The notes: generated by a model not told the origin, from the letters alone. 63,728 bases of DNA, filler included, from Choristocarpus tenellus KU-1152 (GCA_964200185.2; 14 parts of 14 records of this genome joined end to end with filler, not necessarily neighbours in it), one strand, 5' to 3'; shown: positions 1-12,446, counted from the whole stretch's first letter. Translations and numbers: made by a program.

Positions 1-124
1 CTAAACATCAAGCCGACACCGTACGTGGTTATCATCTGTGGACCCCCCTCGTAGCGTCGTTTTAAGGTCGTTGGATTTGAGTTGTACGTCCTGGCAAGGT
101 GAGCATTGAGGGGCGCCTGTAACA
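1..124 (+). mobile_element. 3' part of an LTR (family with TGTTACAGGCG...CGCCTGTAACA termini), truncated by window start
   Basis: Ends GGGGCGCCTGTAACA; aligns by eye with the reverse complement of 43443-43565 and with 42222-42274. Confidence 0.8.
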
Positions 125-643
125 TTTCCCCTGCATTGGCAATTCTATCCCCTGCTGTATGTCTATCCCCCTCTGAACCCCTTCTCCCACTCATCTGCCC
201 AGCCTGCCACATTTCTGGTATAATCCCAACGGGTATGGCAGTCGCCAAAAATTAGGTCTAGGGCAGACTCATGGGGTTTGTGTACCACTTCCCCCTCCAC
301 TATTTCTAAACTACTTACATATCTCTCAATAACCCCCCCCCACTAAAGTAGCCGGCGTCCAGCATATATCCTTGGCTTATTTATGGATGATGTATCACAC
401 AGTCTAATAATCCTTTGTACTTGCTATTGGGTTCTACCACGCCAGGCTATGACTTCCACAAACCTTGCACCCCAGTTCCTGGCTACAGATACACTCATTA
501 TATACCCCGATCTTGGCGACTCCCTTATCTTCCACTAGTATACCCACAGATTGTGACATAAACTACCTCTCACATCTGTCTTACTCGTGACACCTGGAAT
601 TACTTCTTGGTTCAGGTACTCTAGATGACCTGAAGTACTAAGC

Positions 644-900
644 GAGTGAAAGTAACTTAGAGGGTACGATATTCTCCCTGTTTGTCCATTTGGGACTTGG
701 CTTCTCATGGGTTTCTAATGACATTTTACCTACTCAAGATTTTCGGAGTAGGTAAAATGTATACACTATGAAAATCTGTGTCCGGAACAAGGATATTGAC
801 ATCTCCTAACAAACACGATAGTCAAAATTACATCAAAACTGCAACATTGGGTTTTGGCCCCCAAATGGACACGGCTCTACCCTCTAAGATACTTTGACTG
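644..900 (+). mobile_element. MITE family A, full copy, TSD AAGC
   Basis: TIRs GAGTGAAAGTAACTTAGAGGGTA / TACCCTCTAAGATACTTTGACTG; AAGC flanks both ends. Confidence 0.93.
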
Positions 901-1275
901 AAGCACTTGGAGATGTTGGGTTGGTTTGATGTGCAGTCTTCGAATTCTCTCCTTTGCACACCACCACCCCCTCAATATCGTTCTAGCATGCAAGTAGTTC
1001 CTCAACTTCTCTCACCTTGGAGGATTCTTGAATATCGGTTAAATCATGTGTCGTGTTCTCACCTCCACAGTCCCAGTGTTACTAGTTAGGGGTAACCCAG
1101 TGCTTAGACATTGTTCATGCATGATTGACATCAGCACTTTGCGTGATCTGTTGGTGACTAGGTTTAATCGATTACTCTGACAGAAGAACCGAGACATGTG
1201 CCATACATGTGTATTCATCTCATGAAGACAACACCTGCCCGTGAGTTGCCTGGGATGTGAGAAATGTTTGATGAA

Positions 1276-1548
1276 ATGGTGTTGGTGGAATCAGCAAGAA
1301 GATGCGTACTACTCTTTGATGACTTACAGGTCTACTTTAAACAGTCCAACTACCATTGTCACTCCATGGTGTTGGCGGAATCAGCAAGAAGATGCGTACT
1401 ACTCTTTGATGACTTACAGGTCTACTTTAAACAGTCCAACTACCATTGTCACTCCATGGTGTTGGCGGAATCAGCAAGAAGATGCGTACTACTCTTTGAT
1501 GACTTACAGGTCTACTTTAAACAGTCCAACTACCATTGTCACTCCATG
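1276..1548. repeat. Tandem repeat, 3 x 90 bp, nearly identical
   Basis: Unit ATGGTGTTGGYGGAATCAGC...CCATTGTCACTCC starts at 1276, 1366 and 1456. Confidence 0.97.
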
Positions 1549-2526
1549 CTCCACTTTTCAATTACCCTGTACATTGGCACTAGTGTCACTATTCCCCCCC
1601 ACCCCTTTTCCCCCACTTTACCCCACCCCCCTGAGAAAATAAAATAAGGTAGCATACTGTATGTGTGTACCCTCCCTTCTCAAACTCCACCCATCTGTTT
1701 GCAACCGCTGATTCAACTCAAAAATGCTGAAGCCGTTTGCGTGAAAGTGGTACATTGTTGATCTTGACATTAATTGGGTACCAAGAGGGACATCTTTCAC
1801 TCTCCCTCCCTCTCTCTCTCTCTTTTGTTGGAGCAGCACGGACTACAACCTTTCACCTAGCATGGCTGTAAACAGATGTACTGGAATATATTTATGTGTG
1901 TGTACCTGTATATCTTCCATGAGTCCTCCTCCCATTATTGACTTGATCGAATGATCTTACTGATTATTTGTCGCAATACAATGTGCTGACACCTTCATTT
2001 ATTTCCTGTACTTTTTCCAAAGATTATTGCTTGTAGCATGGACGACAAAATCTTACTGCTGGTCCTCTCTTCAATCATATCCCCAGTTCTGGATTTCGCG
2101 GCAATCATCCAGGCTACCACCCTACAATGCGACCTAAATCTGGTAATTTCACCACTAGTGCTAAGGGATACCTCAGCTTTCAATCAAAGTGGCATCAGAG
2201 CAGCAACTAATCATTTAGGATGGAAACTTAATTTAGAGGGTAGCTAAGCCTCGATACCCATCCTGTTAACCAGGGCCCGTACTATTCTCTCCATGAGCTT
2301 CTTCCCTCACCATGATGGACTTGAATTAATTATCCCACTGTTCACAACAACACATTGTGCTCACACTATCACTTTCCTTCACTGTTGCCAATGGTTGTTC
2401 ATATTTGTAGTAAGGACAACAAAGTCTACTGGTGATCCTGTCCACGTCCTATCCCCAATTCTAACTTTTACAGCAATCACCCAAGCAAGCTACCACCCTA
2501 CAATGCGACGTAATCTGGTCATTTTT

Positions 2527-2712
2527 GGGTCGAAGTATCTATAGGGGGGAGGGGGGGTCTACATGAGGGTGTCCATTCGGGGCCTGATCAGGAGAATTGC
2601 ATTTACTACATTATCCATCCGACGCATGCAGCCATATCATACAAAAATCGCGACATTGAAAAATGGGCCCAGAATGGACTGCTGGCACCCTCCACCTCAG
2701 ATATTTTGAGCC
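2527..2712 (+). mobile_element. MITE family B, full copy
   Basis: GGGTCGAAGTATCT...AGATATTTTGAGCC; flanks TTTT/TTTA; internal sequence matches the 12743, 57345 and 63548 copies. Confidence 0.9.
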
Positions 2713-2973
2713 TTTATCACCAATAACAGTGGATTTCAAAAATTGAGGATGGAGCGTACTATGGAGGATGGGTTTGACCCAAAATGGTGCGCGGAAAGCG
2801 TCTATTTGTTTTTATTGGTAAAGTTGCGGTACTTTTTAAGAGCCCCTTTTTTAATGGGATATATATATTCTATTCAAAACTATTTCGGTGCTTGTGGAGG
2901 GCACCGCCACGATTTGGAAACGACCTCGACCAAGCCAAAGGTACAAGGACAGACGGGCCCCCCGGGGGGGAGC

Positions 2974-3073
2974 NNNNNNNNNNNNNNNNNNNNNNNNNNN
3001 NNNNNNNNNNNNNNNNNTTAATTAATTAANNNNNNNNNNNNNNNNNNNNNNNNNNNNNNNNNNNNNNNNNNNN
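2974..3073. other. Artificial contig linker N44-TTAATTAATTAA-N44 (six-frame stop). The same linker occurs at 9179, 12255, 15865, 20896, 25696, 32642, 37345, 42104, 45386, 49065, 56723 and 61104, each 100 bp.
   Basis: Identical N-run/TTAATTAATTAA/N-run block seen 13 times. Confidence 0.99.
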
Positions 3074-3120
3074 GTGTTTTGTGCTCGGGGGGTGTGGGGG
3101 GGGGGGGGGAGGGAGGGAGC

Positions 3121-3152
<32 letters not shown>

Positions 3153-6100
3153 CAGTGTCAAGTCGATCAAGGACAGGAATTTCGATTCGTGAGGAAGCAC
3201 CTTTGGATTTGAAGGGGCATGCAGTTGATTCCTGGGGTGGGCTCGGTGGGGGAGGGGGTGTGGGGGGGGCAGTAGGGGTGTCACCGACATCGCTGGGGCC
3301 AGGGGGGGTGCCTCATGGGGGTGCAATGGAGACCCAGCAGTTTGAACTACAGATGAGGCTGGTTGATATCTTTATTGGGTCTGTGCAATATGTACGAGCT
3401 CTCAGGTATGGCATGGTATAGGCTGCAGAGTAGAAGGAAACATATTGGAGCGTGGATGCAATTTGTGATGAATGTTACAGGTTAATATGATTGACATTTG
3501 TGATATGTGTTACAGGTTAATACTGGGTTCGGTCTACTTGTACTCCCCTTTTTTAGTGAGAGGGCATGCATGCATGGTCTCTATCTTTTTTCTTTTTCTT
3601 TTTTTTTTGGGGGGGGGGATGGCCTAGTGTGTGAATAGTTTTTGAGATCAAGAAAGTATTAATCGAACTTTTAAATTTTTTTATTTTATTTTTGAGTTGA
3701 ACCATCGCTGTTTATTGTTTTTTTACAACTAATTGGTTACTGTTGTTGGTAGTCCCAATGTGCACCAGTTTACCTATGTGTTGATGTTAATGTAGATGTA
3801 GAGTAACTAATGGAAATATATATAGGAGTGGGTCAGGTATTCTCTTTGGAGTGAGTGACTGGTATACTATGTTGCACCAAATATATATATATATATATTT
3901 AATATAATTATTTATTTATTTTGATATATTATCCCACTGGTACTTTCTTTGTAACATGCTATTTATTTATTTTGATGAAATGTGTTTATGTAGTTCAAGA
4001 GTATGGTTGTCTCTCTACTCACAAAGAACATTAGCATCACTCATCAGTACATCAATCTATTTTATTATTATTATATCATTTTGTTCTGTTTTTCATTTTA
4101 ATGCATAACAAAAGGAGGATGTTTTTCTTCGCCTGTCATGTTGCTGCTCAATGGGAACATTCTAACCTTCAATATTAAGTTCAACCTTACTGTAGGACCC
4201 TGACCATTATCTTAATATTATATAGTCTAAATGGTACTAACCCTGCACCTAACAATATATTATTTGTTTGAAGTAGTAGCTGTCAATTATCAACCCCATT
4301 TTTACCCCATGTTTGTGTTTTTTATATGTTGTGGGTTGGTCACATAGGCTGTTGAATCAACTATTGAAGAGGAAAATCAAATCAGGTCAACGGTCTCTTG
4401 TCTTGGTAAGGTTGGCTCTGTGCTACCTCAAGGTGAGATTTTTTTTTTTACTTAATTCAAGTATTTTTTTTTTAAGTTTTGTGTGTGTATGTTTGCATGA
4501 TATTTGATGGTGCGTTGGGCCTGATAGGTAAGTATTTTAAATATTTTTTGGGAAGGGAAGACAAATGTAATGACAAATGTACCTGGACTTGAGATAGATA
4601 GAATGCCACGTGGACAAAGGAATTTGACACCCATGCACCTGAGATCTTATTGTTTTGTTGGCGATACTTTGTAATGAAGATACCTGAGATGTCATGTCTT
4701 GCGGCATGTGCTTTAGGGAGGGGGTGTACTTGAGGCCTTTTTTGGTGTTCTTTTCAAATTTGTTGTCTAGAGTTATTGCTATTTGTCAATATTTGTTTAA
4801 TGATATTGCTATGTGTCAATATTTGTCAATGTTGATGCTGGTTTTCTTTTTTTGTTTTCGAGGTACGTAAACTGGCTTCATGTGAGGCGGCGCTGGAGAG
4901 GGTTATCCTGGAGGCAGATGAGGCCCTAGAACTCTACCAGCGGACTGGACGTTTGGATCAGGTGTCTCCACAATATATTTTTTCATTTTTTGTTCTGAAC
5001 CATCGATTGTTAAGACTCAATTGAATATTAGATTGGATATATATATATCGTGTGTGTATGTGTTGTATATTAGGGTTAGGGATTAGTTGCTTTATTGAGA
5101 GCTTTGCTCGGTTGTATGAGGTGTACCAAGAATATCCCCATGACCTACTTCAGTGTTTGGTGCTCTGCCCTAACCCTAATATCTTTATTCTAATACCAGT
5201 ATAGTATGTAATGATAGGGTGTTATGATTGTGTAGATTACAGAAAAATATATTGGAAGGTTATGAGCATATTTGATTCATACAGCATACTTTGTTCACCA
5301 GTCAAGATTCAAGATGAGGGGGGTATGCCTGTGAAATTGTTCATTTAAGTTACAGTATATATGGATATGTTTATATATAATTGTAGTGATATGCACAACC
5401 TTTCTCCCTTTTTTTAAGAAATGGTGCTTGTTTGACCATCTGAGAGGGAAGTGGTTCTGAGTAATAATAGTAATACTACTACTAATAATCTTAATACTAA
5501 TAATCATTCTGCCTTCTGTATGATGTACAGGTATTTGTATTATTATTACCTATCATTTTGTATATGATACATTGAATGTTACAATTATTATTATTATTAT
5601 TATTATTACCTATCATTTTGTATACGATACATTGGATGTTACAATTATTATTATTATTATTATTACCTATCATTTTGTATAAGATACATTGAATGTTACA
5701 ATTAGTATTATTATTATTATTACCTATCATTTTGTATATGATACATTGAATGTTACAATTAGTATTATTATTATTATTACCTATCATTTTGTATACGATA
5801 CATTGAATGTTACAATTAGTATTATCATTATTATTACTTATCATTTTGTATACGATACATTGGATGTTACAATTAGTATTATCATTATTATTACTTATCA
5901 TTTTGTATACGATACATTGGATGTTACAATTAGTATTATTATTATTATTACCTATCATTTTGTATATGATACATTGAATGTTACAATTAGTAGTATTAGT
6001 AGTATTACCTATCCTGCTGTAGTCTTCTCTTGTCAGTGTGATTCTTCTCTCCCCCTTGACATCACCAAAGAGTTAAGTGGGAATGAAATAGAAGCAACCA

Positions 6101-9100
6101 CACCTAAACACACCTAAACACAGTAATAAATTTGTTTTTTGTCTTAAATTATACTTGTTCATTTATGTATATATCATACTCTAACACTTTCCTTGTGTCC
6201 ATGCCTTTGTGAAGTCACATGTGACACATTCACATCGAAGGACAGGTTCTGGTGTCACATCACAAACAGTCACATCACAAACAGTCACATCACAAACAGC
6301 TGGAGAAGCTCAGGAGGCCTTTGTTTCTGAGGCTGTGGCAATGGTGAAGAACATTGATTTCCTTGTACTGCGTGCAAGGTGTGTGTGTGTGTTTTTTGTG
6401 TTGTGTGTTGTGTGTGTGTTGTGTGTGTTATGTGTGTGTGTTGTGTGTTATTTGTGTATTTTTTCATTAATTTTATTTGTGATCTAAAGACGTACCTATG
6501 AAACGCCTTGCCTAAAACAAAAGAATCAACTTAATCCCACAGTAAAAAAATGTAACATCTGCTTTGATTCATGGAGAGCTGGTGTAGAAACATTGTTTAA
6601 TATTATTATTATTATTGATGTGTTTGTAGCGCCAACCACCCTATCTGAATCACAAGTCTCTTCTGATCACTGACATCAGTGATGTTTTTTATTATTATAC
6701 ATTTCTACAAATGCCTTCCTCCTATGCTTTGACACTCTTTCAGTTTCCTTGCCCTCCCATGGCATATTTGTATTTTTTTTCCCTGAAAAGTGATTAAGTG
6801 GTGCTTTTAGTGGATTTTGATTCGTGAGAGGTTTTTTCATCATGATAAACATATTTCTATACATGTTGTGAAAAATAAAGAGGTAGGACTTTTTTTTTAT
6901 TGGATTGATATCTTTATCTTTATCTTTGTGAACTAATTTTATTCTTATTATTATTGTAAAAAATGCAGGTGTCGATTGGCCGCAGGAGATCCCACTTCTG
7001 CAGTTCATTGGGTAGGCGTTGCTGTGGCAGTTGCCAAGGACAGTGGGCAAGCTGGTAACCAGGGACCCCTCATGTATTTGCAGGGGCGTTGCTATCAGGT
7101 GAGGCGTGCTTCCTTTCTCACTTACTCGAGTGAGTGGATTTGAATGACATGTTATACATGTGACTGGTTGGATCTTTGGTGTGTATGAATTCCCCTCATT
7201 TTTTAATATATATATATATATATATATTTGTTACCTTCGACTGACTTGCTGATTGACTGACTGGCTGACTACAGGAATGGGAAGATTGATCCAATTTGCT
7301 CTATCTAGCCCAATACACTATTTTATAGCCTTGGATGAACTCTGGAAGACCTGAAAATAGTGAAAGTGCTTATTAAGGTTAAAATTGGAGGAAATCATTG
7401 TTGTAAAAATCATTGTTGTTAAGGCCTGTGATCCGACAAGATATGATATGATATTTTAGTAAGTACCATATTGCTATTATTATTATTTGTTTATATTTAA
7501 TAGCAAAGAAAATGGCATGTGTTACTGGAGTTGAAAGTGTTGGTACTTGCAAGTATTATTTTAATAATAATGATAAAGTGGTTGTAGAAGAAGAGTGTTG
7601 TACCTAAAGAGGGAAAGAACCACCCAGTCAACCGGGTCACTTTTTAAAAGGCTAGATTTGTGAAAACACACAGGGGTCATGCATGTCAGAGAAGACTTGA
7701 TTATGATACAGTCACCTATTTTTGCAACCCACAACGTTGTATTTTTAGGAGATTTCACTCTCCTCTTCCATTTTGGAATATATATTTTTTAATTGATATT
7801 TATTTTTATTTTTGTTTCTTCCTATCCTTTTCCATTCTTACTGACGTTGATTATTTCTATTTGTTTATTGTAGTTTTTATCTTTTTTATTGGGGATTAAC
7901 TCCGTAGCTTCATCTATTGGTCATTTTGTATTCCTTCTAAAGTTGATTGTTTCTCTTTTTTATTTTTTATGTTGCTTGACACCTTTTGTGAAGCATGGAA
8001 GTATCTTAGTCTTGATTGTGTGATTACAGCCACTCTATTTGGGTAAGAATTTTGATATGATGAGTGGAAGTATCTTAGTTTTGATTGTGTGGTTACAGCC
8101 AATCTATTGATATGATATATGATGAGTGAAAGTATCTTAGTTTTGATTGTGTGATTACAGCCACTCTATTGATATGATATATGATGAGTGGAAGTATCTT
8201 AGAGGGTAAGAATTTTGCCTTGTTTATCTATTTGGGGCTAGGCTTCCCATGGGTTTTTATGGCATTTTACCTACTCCAAAATGTTATGAAAAGGTGTGTG
8301 TGGAACAAGGATATGAAATTAGCCAAAAGTACATCAAAATTCCAAAATTTAATTTCGATCCCCAAATGGACGCGGCTCTACCCTCTAATATACTTTGATT
8401 CTGATACACATCCTCTTAGTACTAGTACAGAGGCATTGACTCTTTCAATAATTGCATTTAAGAGGCAAAAACGATAATAAAACACTGTCATTTTTATTAT
8501 TTGTAATTAATTGAAGTAGGGACTATTTAATTTGTGAGTGTATATGTGTACTTGTACAGGTTTGTGCTTTACATCTGAGTGCAGTATGATTCCATTTATA
8601 GTAATAGAACCTAACCTGCCCGAACTAAATAATTTTAAATGGTACAAAATCACAGCAAAACTCAACTGAAATATTTTAATGGAACCATTTATTTATTTTT
8701 AGCACAAAGCATGATCCACAACATTGATGCAAGAGAAACAAATGGATACATATATTATTAGAATTTCGCATATTTATGCTTCTGACCATTTGTAGTTTCA
8801 TAATATTAACATGTTTGTTGTGTCCACCCCTGCACCACCTCCCTCCTTGATTGTCTAATCCAATTCCCCCCCTACCCCAAAAACTGAATCATCATTTAAC
8901 CAACCCAATGCAAAATACTTCCTCAGGCAATGTTGCTCATTGCAGCAGAGATTGGATCAACCTCCGGACCTGTATCATGTCCATCAGAGGGTACCACTGG
9001 CAATGTAGGTACCATCCCTATCTCTGACAACTCTGGCACCACAATGGAGTGTCAGAACAATGTTTTAGTCAGGAAACGATCTGGTGTGGGAGGTGCAGGA

Positions 9101-9178
9101 GTTGGTGTGACACCTGGGGGGGCAGGAGGGCAGGGGCCTGGGGCAGGTGGGACTGAATTAGTTGGGACTGGAGGACTG
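3074..9178 (+). CDS. Partial multi-exon gene, TPR-like helical protein. Exons: <3074-3405, 4348-4432, 4863-4961, 6215-6378, 6969-7098, 8927->9178.
   Basis: GT-AG exons with consistent phases (2,0,0,2,0) give ...MRLVDIFIGSVQYVRALRLLNQLLKRKIKSGQRSLVLVRLALCYLKVRKLASCEAALERV...FLVLRARCRLAAGDPTSAVHWVGVAVAVAK...LMYLQGRCYQAMLLIAAEI. The TPR call rests on motif pattern only. Confidence 0.72.
5540..6011. repeat. Intronic minisatellite, about 8 copies of a 57-63 bp unit with a variable (ATT)n tract
   Basis: Repeated TACCTATCATTTTGTATAYGATACATTGRATGTTACAATTAGTATTATT... Confidence 0.95.
7996..8202. repeat. About 62-bp tandem repeat carrying the left tip of MITE A
   Basis: (GAG)TGRAAGTATCTTAG recurs at 7996, 8062, 8124 and 8186. 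Confidence 0.9.
8186..8401 (+). mobile_element. MITE family A, internally deleted copy, TSD TGAT (intronic)
   Basis: GAGTGGAAGTATCTTAGAGGGTA...TACCCTCTAATATACTTTGATTC; TGAT on both sides. Confidence 0.92.
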
Positions 9179-9899
9179 NNNNNNNNNNNNNNNNNNNNNN
9201 NNNNNNNNNNNNNNNNNNNNNNTTAATTAATTAANNNNNNNNNNNNNNNNNNNNNNNNNNNNNNNNNNNNNNNNNNNNGCCCTCAAGAGGTATGTGGAGA
9301 TGGAGGTTAGGTGGGGGGGACCAATGGGGGAAGAGGGGGGATAGTTAGGGTAGTGGAAGCTATTTTGATATTTTTGTGGGTTTGTGACAATGTTGACCCA
9401 GTTTTGTTCTCTGTTATTATTAGCCGTTGTGGACTGCAAGTGCTCTTGTGTTGTTTTGTTGGCAATGTACATGTGAGCGATCTTGATGAGATTTGTGGAG
9501 GTGGGGAGTTTGTCCACAGTGTAAGAGCACGCTGTTTCCTCGACTGCAGTGCAAATTAGATCATCCCATTGGTGTATTTGTTGCTATTCGTACAACATAC
9601 CTGTCCTCTCTGGGTTTTTTTTCATTATTGCTATTATCTTACGTTATTGCAAAAATGAGTGTGTTTGTAAGTAACACCATACCCAAGAAGGTCCCTTCCT
9701 CTTTGAGTGTGTATGGTGAAAAGGTGTTGTGCAAATGCTTGGAGTAGTAGATACTTACGTTGTTTGGAGTAGTACATACTTATGTACGATGGTCGTGGAT
9801 CGTAGAAGCGCTAGTTAGTACTCTGAAATACAAGGCACTGGGTTGTGATTTATGTAAGTATGATTTATAACTAGGACTTCGACATATCTTCTTGAACTT

Positions 9900-10460
9900 G
9901 ATCAAGAGGAGTCACATGCTGCTGGTGGTGCTGCTGGTCCTGTATGTCAATTTATGGCGCTCGTAACAGGTGGTGGTATGTATCTCCTCGCTTGTGAACC
10001 CAGGAGAGGACCAGCTGTAGCGCACACCCCAAAGGATTTCCCTGTTACATTTCACCAAAGTGGGGTCAAAATACTGGTTGCTCTTCCTTCGTCAATACTG
10101 TTGTTAGGGCTACACATAAAAGTGTGGTGTAGTACTTAGAGAAGAAGTAGTAATTGGAGGGTCTACTAGAGATAGCTCTATTGTGCTGTATGTAATCACA
10201 GCTGTTCTTGTGCGATAAAAGATGTATGTTTGTTGTGGCATTCTTATTTCCAACCATATCTTGTTTTTAACGTGGAGCAAAGTTAGTGGCTGAGCTACAA
10301 AGGGGAGACCCATGGATCTATCTTCAAGTGCACAAACCCTCTTCCACTCACCCCTGTTTAGAAAGTCGATCTAAAGAAGAGTTTTAAGAAAGAGATTTCA
10401 TCTTGCATCCTTCCCTGAAGTGATACAAGTATAACTGTAGAGTGCAACCTGAAGGTAGCC
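9900..10460 (-). pseudogene. Possible highly decayed Ty3/gypsy reverse transcriptase
   Basis: Fragments LDRLSKQG and WLEIRMPQ resemble gypsy RT LDxLGKG and EWxRMPQG; many stops and frameshifts. Confidence 0.3.
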
Positions 10461-10687
10461 ATGACCCAATCTCTTGTTTAAGGTCATTTCATACAAGGGG
10501 GTCCAGAAGTGTCGTTCAGAAGTGCCAAATATGTGCCTTACGTGGCTGATTCGAATCTGATTCTTGGTTCTGACATCAGGGTTGCAATATAGAAGTTGTA
10601 AAAAAAGTCGAATTTTGGTACTTTTGACGTTTGGAAATCCTTTAATATGTTGTTCATATGGTGTTGGCAGTCACCTCTAGGATCTGA

Positions 10688-10996
10688 CCGATATTGATTT
10701 TTTTTTTAAGGTTGCCCAACGAGTTAATGGATGATCAACATATCGAATGAAAGCTCTTGATCGAACCTATCGATTTCTGGAAAGAAAATCGCGCCCAAAA
10801 TTATTTGGGTAATGTTAAATATTAACAGATTTTTTTCGGGACAACCTTGAAAATGTTTCGGAATAAATTATCGCGACCAAGAAACTTTTACCAAGAATTT
10901 CTTTGCGGAAATCGATAGGTTAGATCAAGAGCTTTCATTTGATATGCTGATCGTTGATTAACTCATTGGGCAACCTTTTCAAAAAATCAATATTGG
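10688..10996. repeat. Long imperfect inverted repeat (about 100-bp arms, about 105-bp spacer), foldback-like
   Basis: ATATTGATTTTTT..AAGGTTGCCCAACGAGTTAA..ATATCGAATGAAAGCTCTTGATCGAACCTATCGATTTC pairs with GAAATCGATAGGTTAGATCAAGAGCTTTCATTTGATAT..TTAACTCATTGGGCAACCTT..AAAAAATCAATAT. Confidence 0.92.
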
Positions 10997-11179
10997 TAAC
11001 CGCCGAAACAGTACGAGGATGGCGGCGGGCCTCGGCTTAATAATGTTTAAACCCCTCACGGGACACTGTGATGCCCAATGATCTCCAAGTTGTCACCTAA
11101 CGATGTTGACGTTGTGGTGCGGTCACTCCCTGATGGATTTGAGTTCATCCCATGTTGCGGGGAGGCCAGGGGCAAGGGA

Positions 11180-12183
11180 TATCGGCTGAGGATTTCCACT
11201 CCTCCACAAGACGAGAAGAAGTACAGGGCAGTGTTCTTTTTTGACTGGTCTTCTTGCCACGACTGTCTGGAAGAGGGTGCAGCGCCTGCCTCCAGAACAA
11301 ATGTTGGAGTAGGCGGCCAGAGGAAAGGGGTAAGTTGCTGCCCCTCCTACCCACTAGGCTGTTGGTAGATACACCTCGCAAGGAAGGCGGTGGTGATATT
11401 CAGATGCTCAAGTCTGCTCAGGGTGATCCACCCCCATTCGACCCGCCCAACATGCCTCCTGAGGAGTGTTCGGCAGGTTAAGGGGAAGAGACAGTTTTGC
11501 AAGAGAGACATTTCTTTATCCCAGGGATGACCAAGGACGGGGGCAAGGACAGAAATAAGAGCATGAACATGGCATATGTTCTTGGGGAGCAGCCGGATTT
11601 CAAGGTTGTAGAACTGAGTCATAAATATTCTGGTTGAGCATATTGGAGGACACTGCTCGATGCTTCCAAAGTACCACTGTGAATTGAACCCGATAGAGAT
11701 GGTCTTGGGCCGGGCAAAGCACTATGTACAGGGCCACTGTGACTACGTGTTGCCTGGAATGAGAGCCAACATTCCTGTCAGTCTTAAGGAGGAAGGCGGG
11801 CTGTCCAGAGTAATTGTGGAGGTTCTTCAGGATAAGTATTGCTTAGCACCTGATATATTCCAACGAGAAAGGCATGGAGTGCACCAAATTGGACAAGGTG
11901 TACGAGACATTTGAGTCTCACAGGAGACCTGCACCTTCAGAATACCTCATTTGACTTGGCATTGATTGTCTGATTCCGAGGCCTGAGTCCTCATGAGTGA
12001 GCCTTAGTCAGCAGGTGACAACATTGCATAAGTGGGAAATAATGGAAAGAGAATGGAGAGACAACAACGTGTATGTTCTCCGGGTGAAGATGGCCTCTTC
12101 TGGGGTCAAAATTGTTCTGAACTGCACAGGTGCGTGCGCCGTGTGGCATGGCGCGCGGACTACTTGATTTAAGTATACTCCTG
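11180..12183 (+). mobile_element. Decayed IS630/Tc1/mariner-like (DDE_3-type) transposase, C-terminal half, with a candidate right terminus ...CTCCTG|TA at 12183
   Basis: Motifs VFFFDWSSCH, NVGVGGQ, VLQER, LGEQPDF and LPKYHCELNPIEMVLGRAK..CDY occur in shifting frames. Confidence 0.8.
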
Positions 12184-12187
12184 TATT

Positions 12188-12254
12188 GAGTGAAACTATC
12201 TTAGAGGTACGAATTTTTCCCTGTTTGTCCTTTTGTGGGGCTTGGCTTCCCATG
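12188..12254 (+). mobile_element. MITE A left end, cut by contig end
   Basis: GAGTGAAACTATCTTAGAGGTACGAATTTTTCCCTGTTTGTCC. Confidence 0.88.
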
Positions 12255-12354
12255 NNNNNNNNNNNNNNNNNNNNNNNNNNNNNNNNNNNNNNNNNNNNTT
12301 AATTAATTAANNNNNNNNNNNNNNNNNNNNNNNNNNNNNNNNNNNNNNNNNNNN

Positions 12355-12439
12355 AAAATGTCATAAAAGAACCCATGGGAAGCCAAGCCCCAAATGGACA
12401 AACAGGGCAAAACTCATACCCTCTAAGATACTTTCACTC
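12355..12439 (-). mobile_element. MITE A end, cut by contig start
   Basis: CCCCAAATGGACAAACAGGGCAAAACTCATACCCTCTAAGATACTTTCACTC. Confidence 0.9.
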
Positions 12440-12446
12440 TTTGACT

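Noticed and set aside
5497-6117. Asn/Cys-rich and Ile-rich ORFs
   Set aside because: Translations of an intronic minisatellite. The same applies to 14785-15123 and 52708-53008.
7996-8202. Regularly spaced repeats (also 1276-1548, 5540-6011, 52766-52945) as CRISPR arrays
   Set aside because: Units repeat in full with no unique spacers, there are no cas genes, and the context is eukaryotic and mostly intronic.
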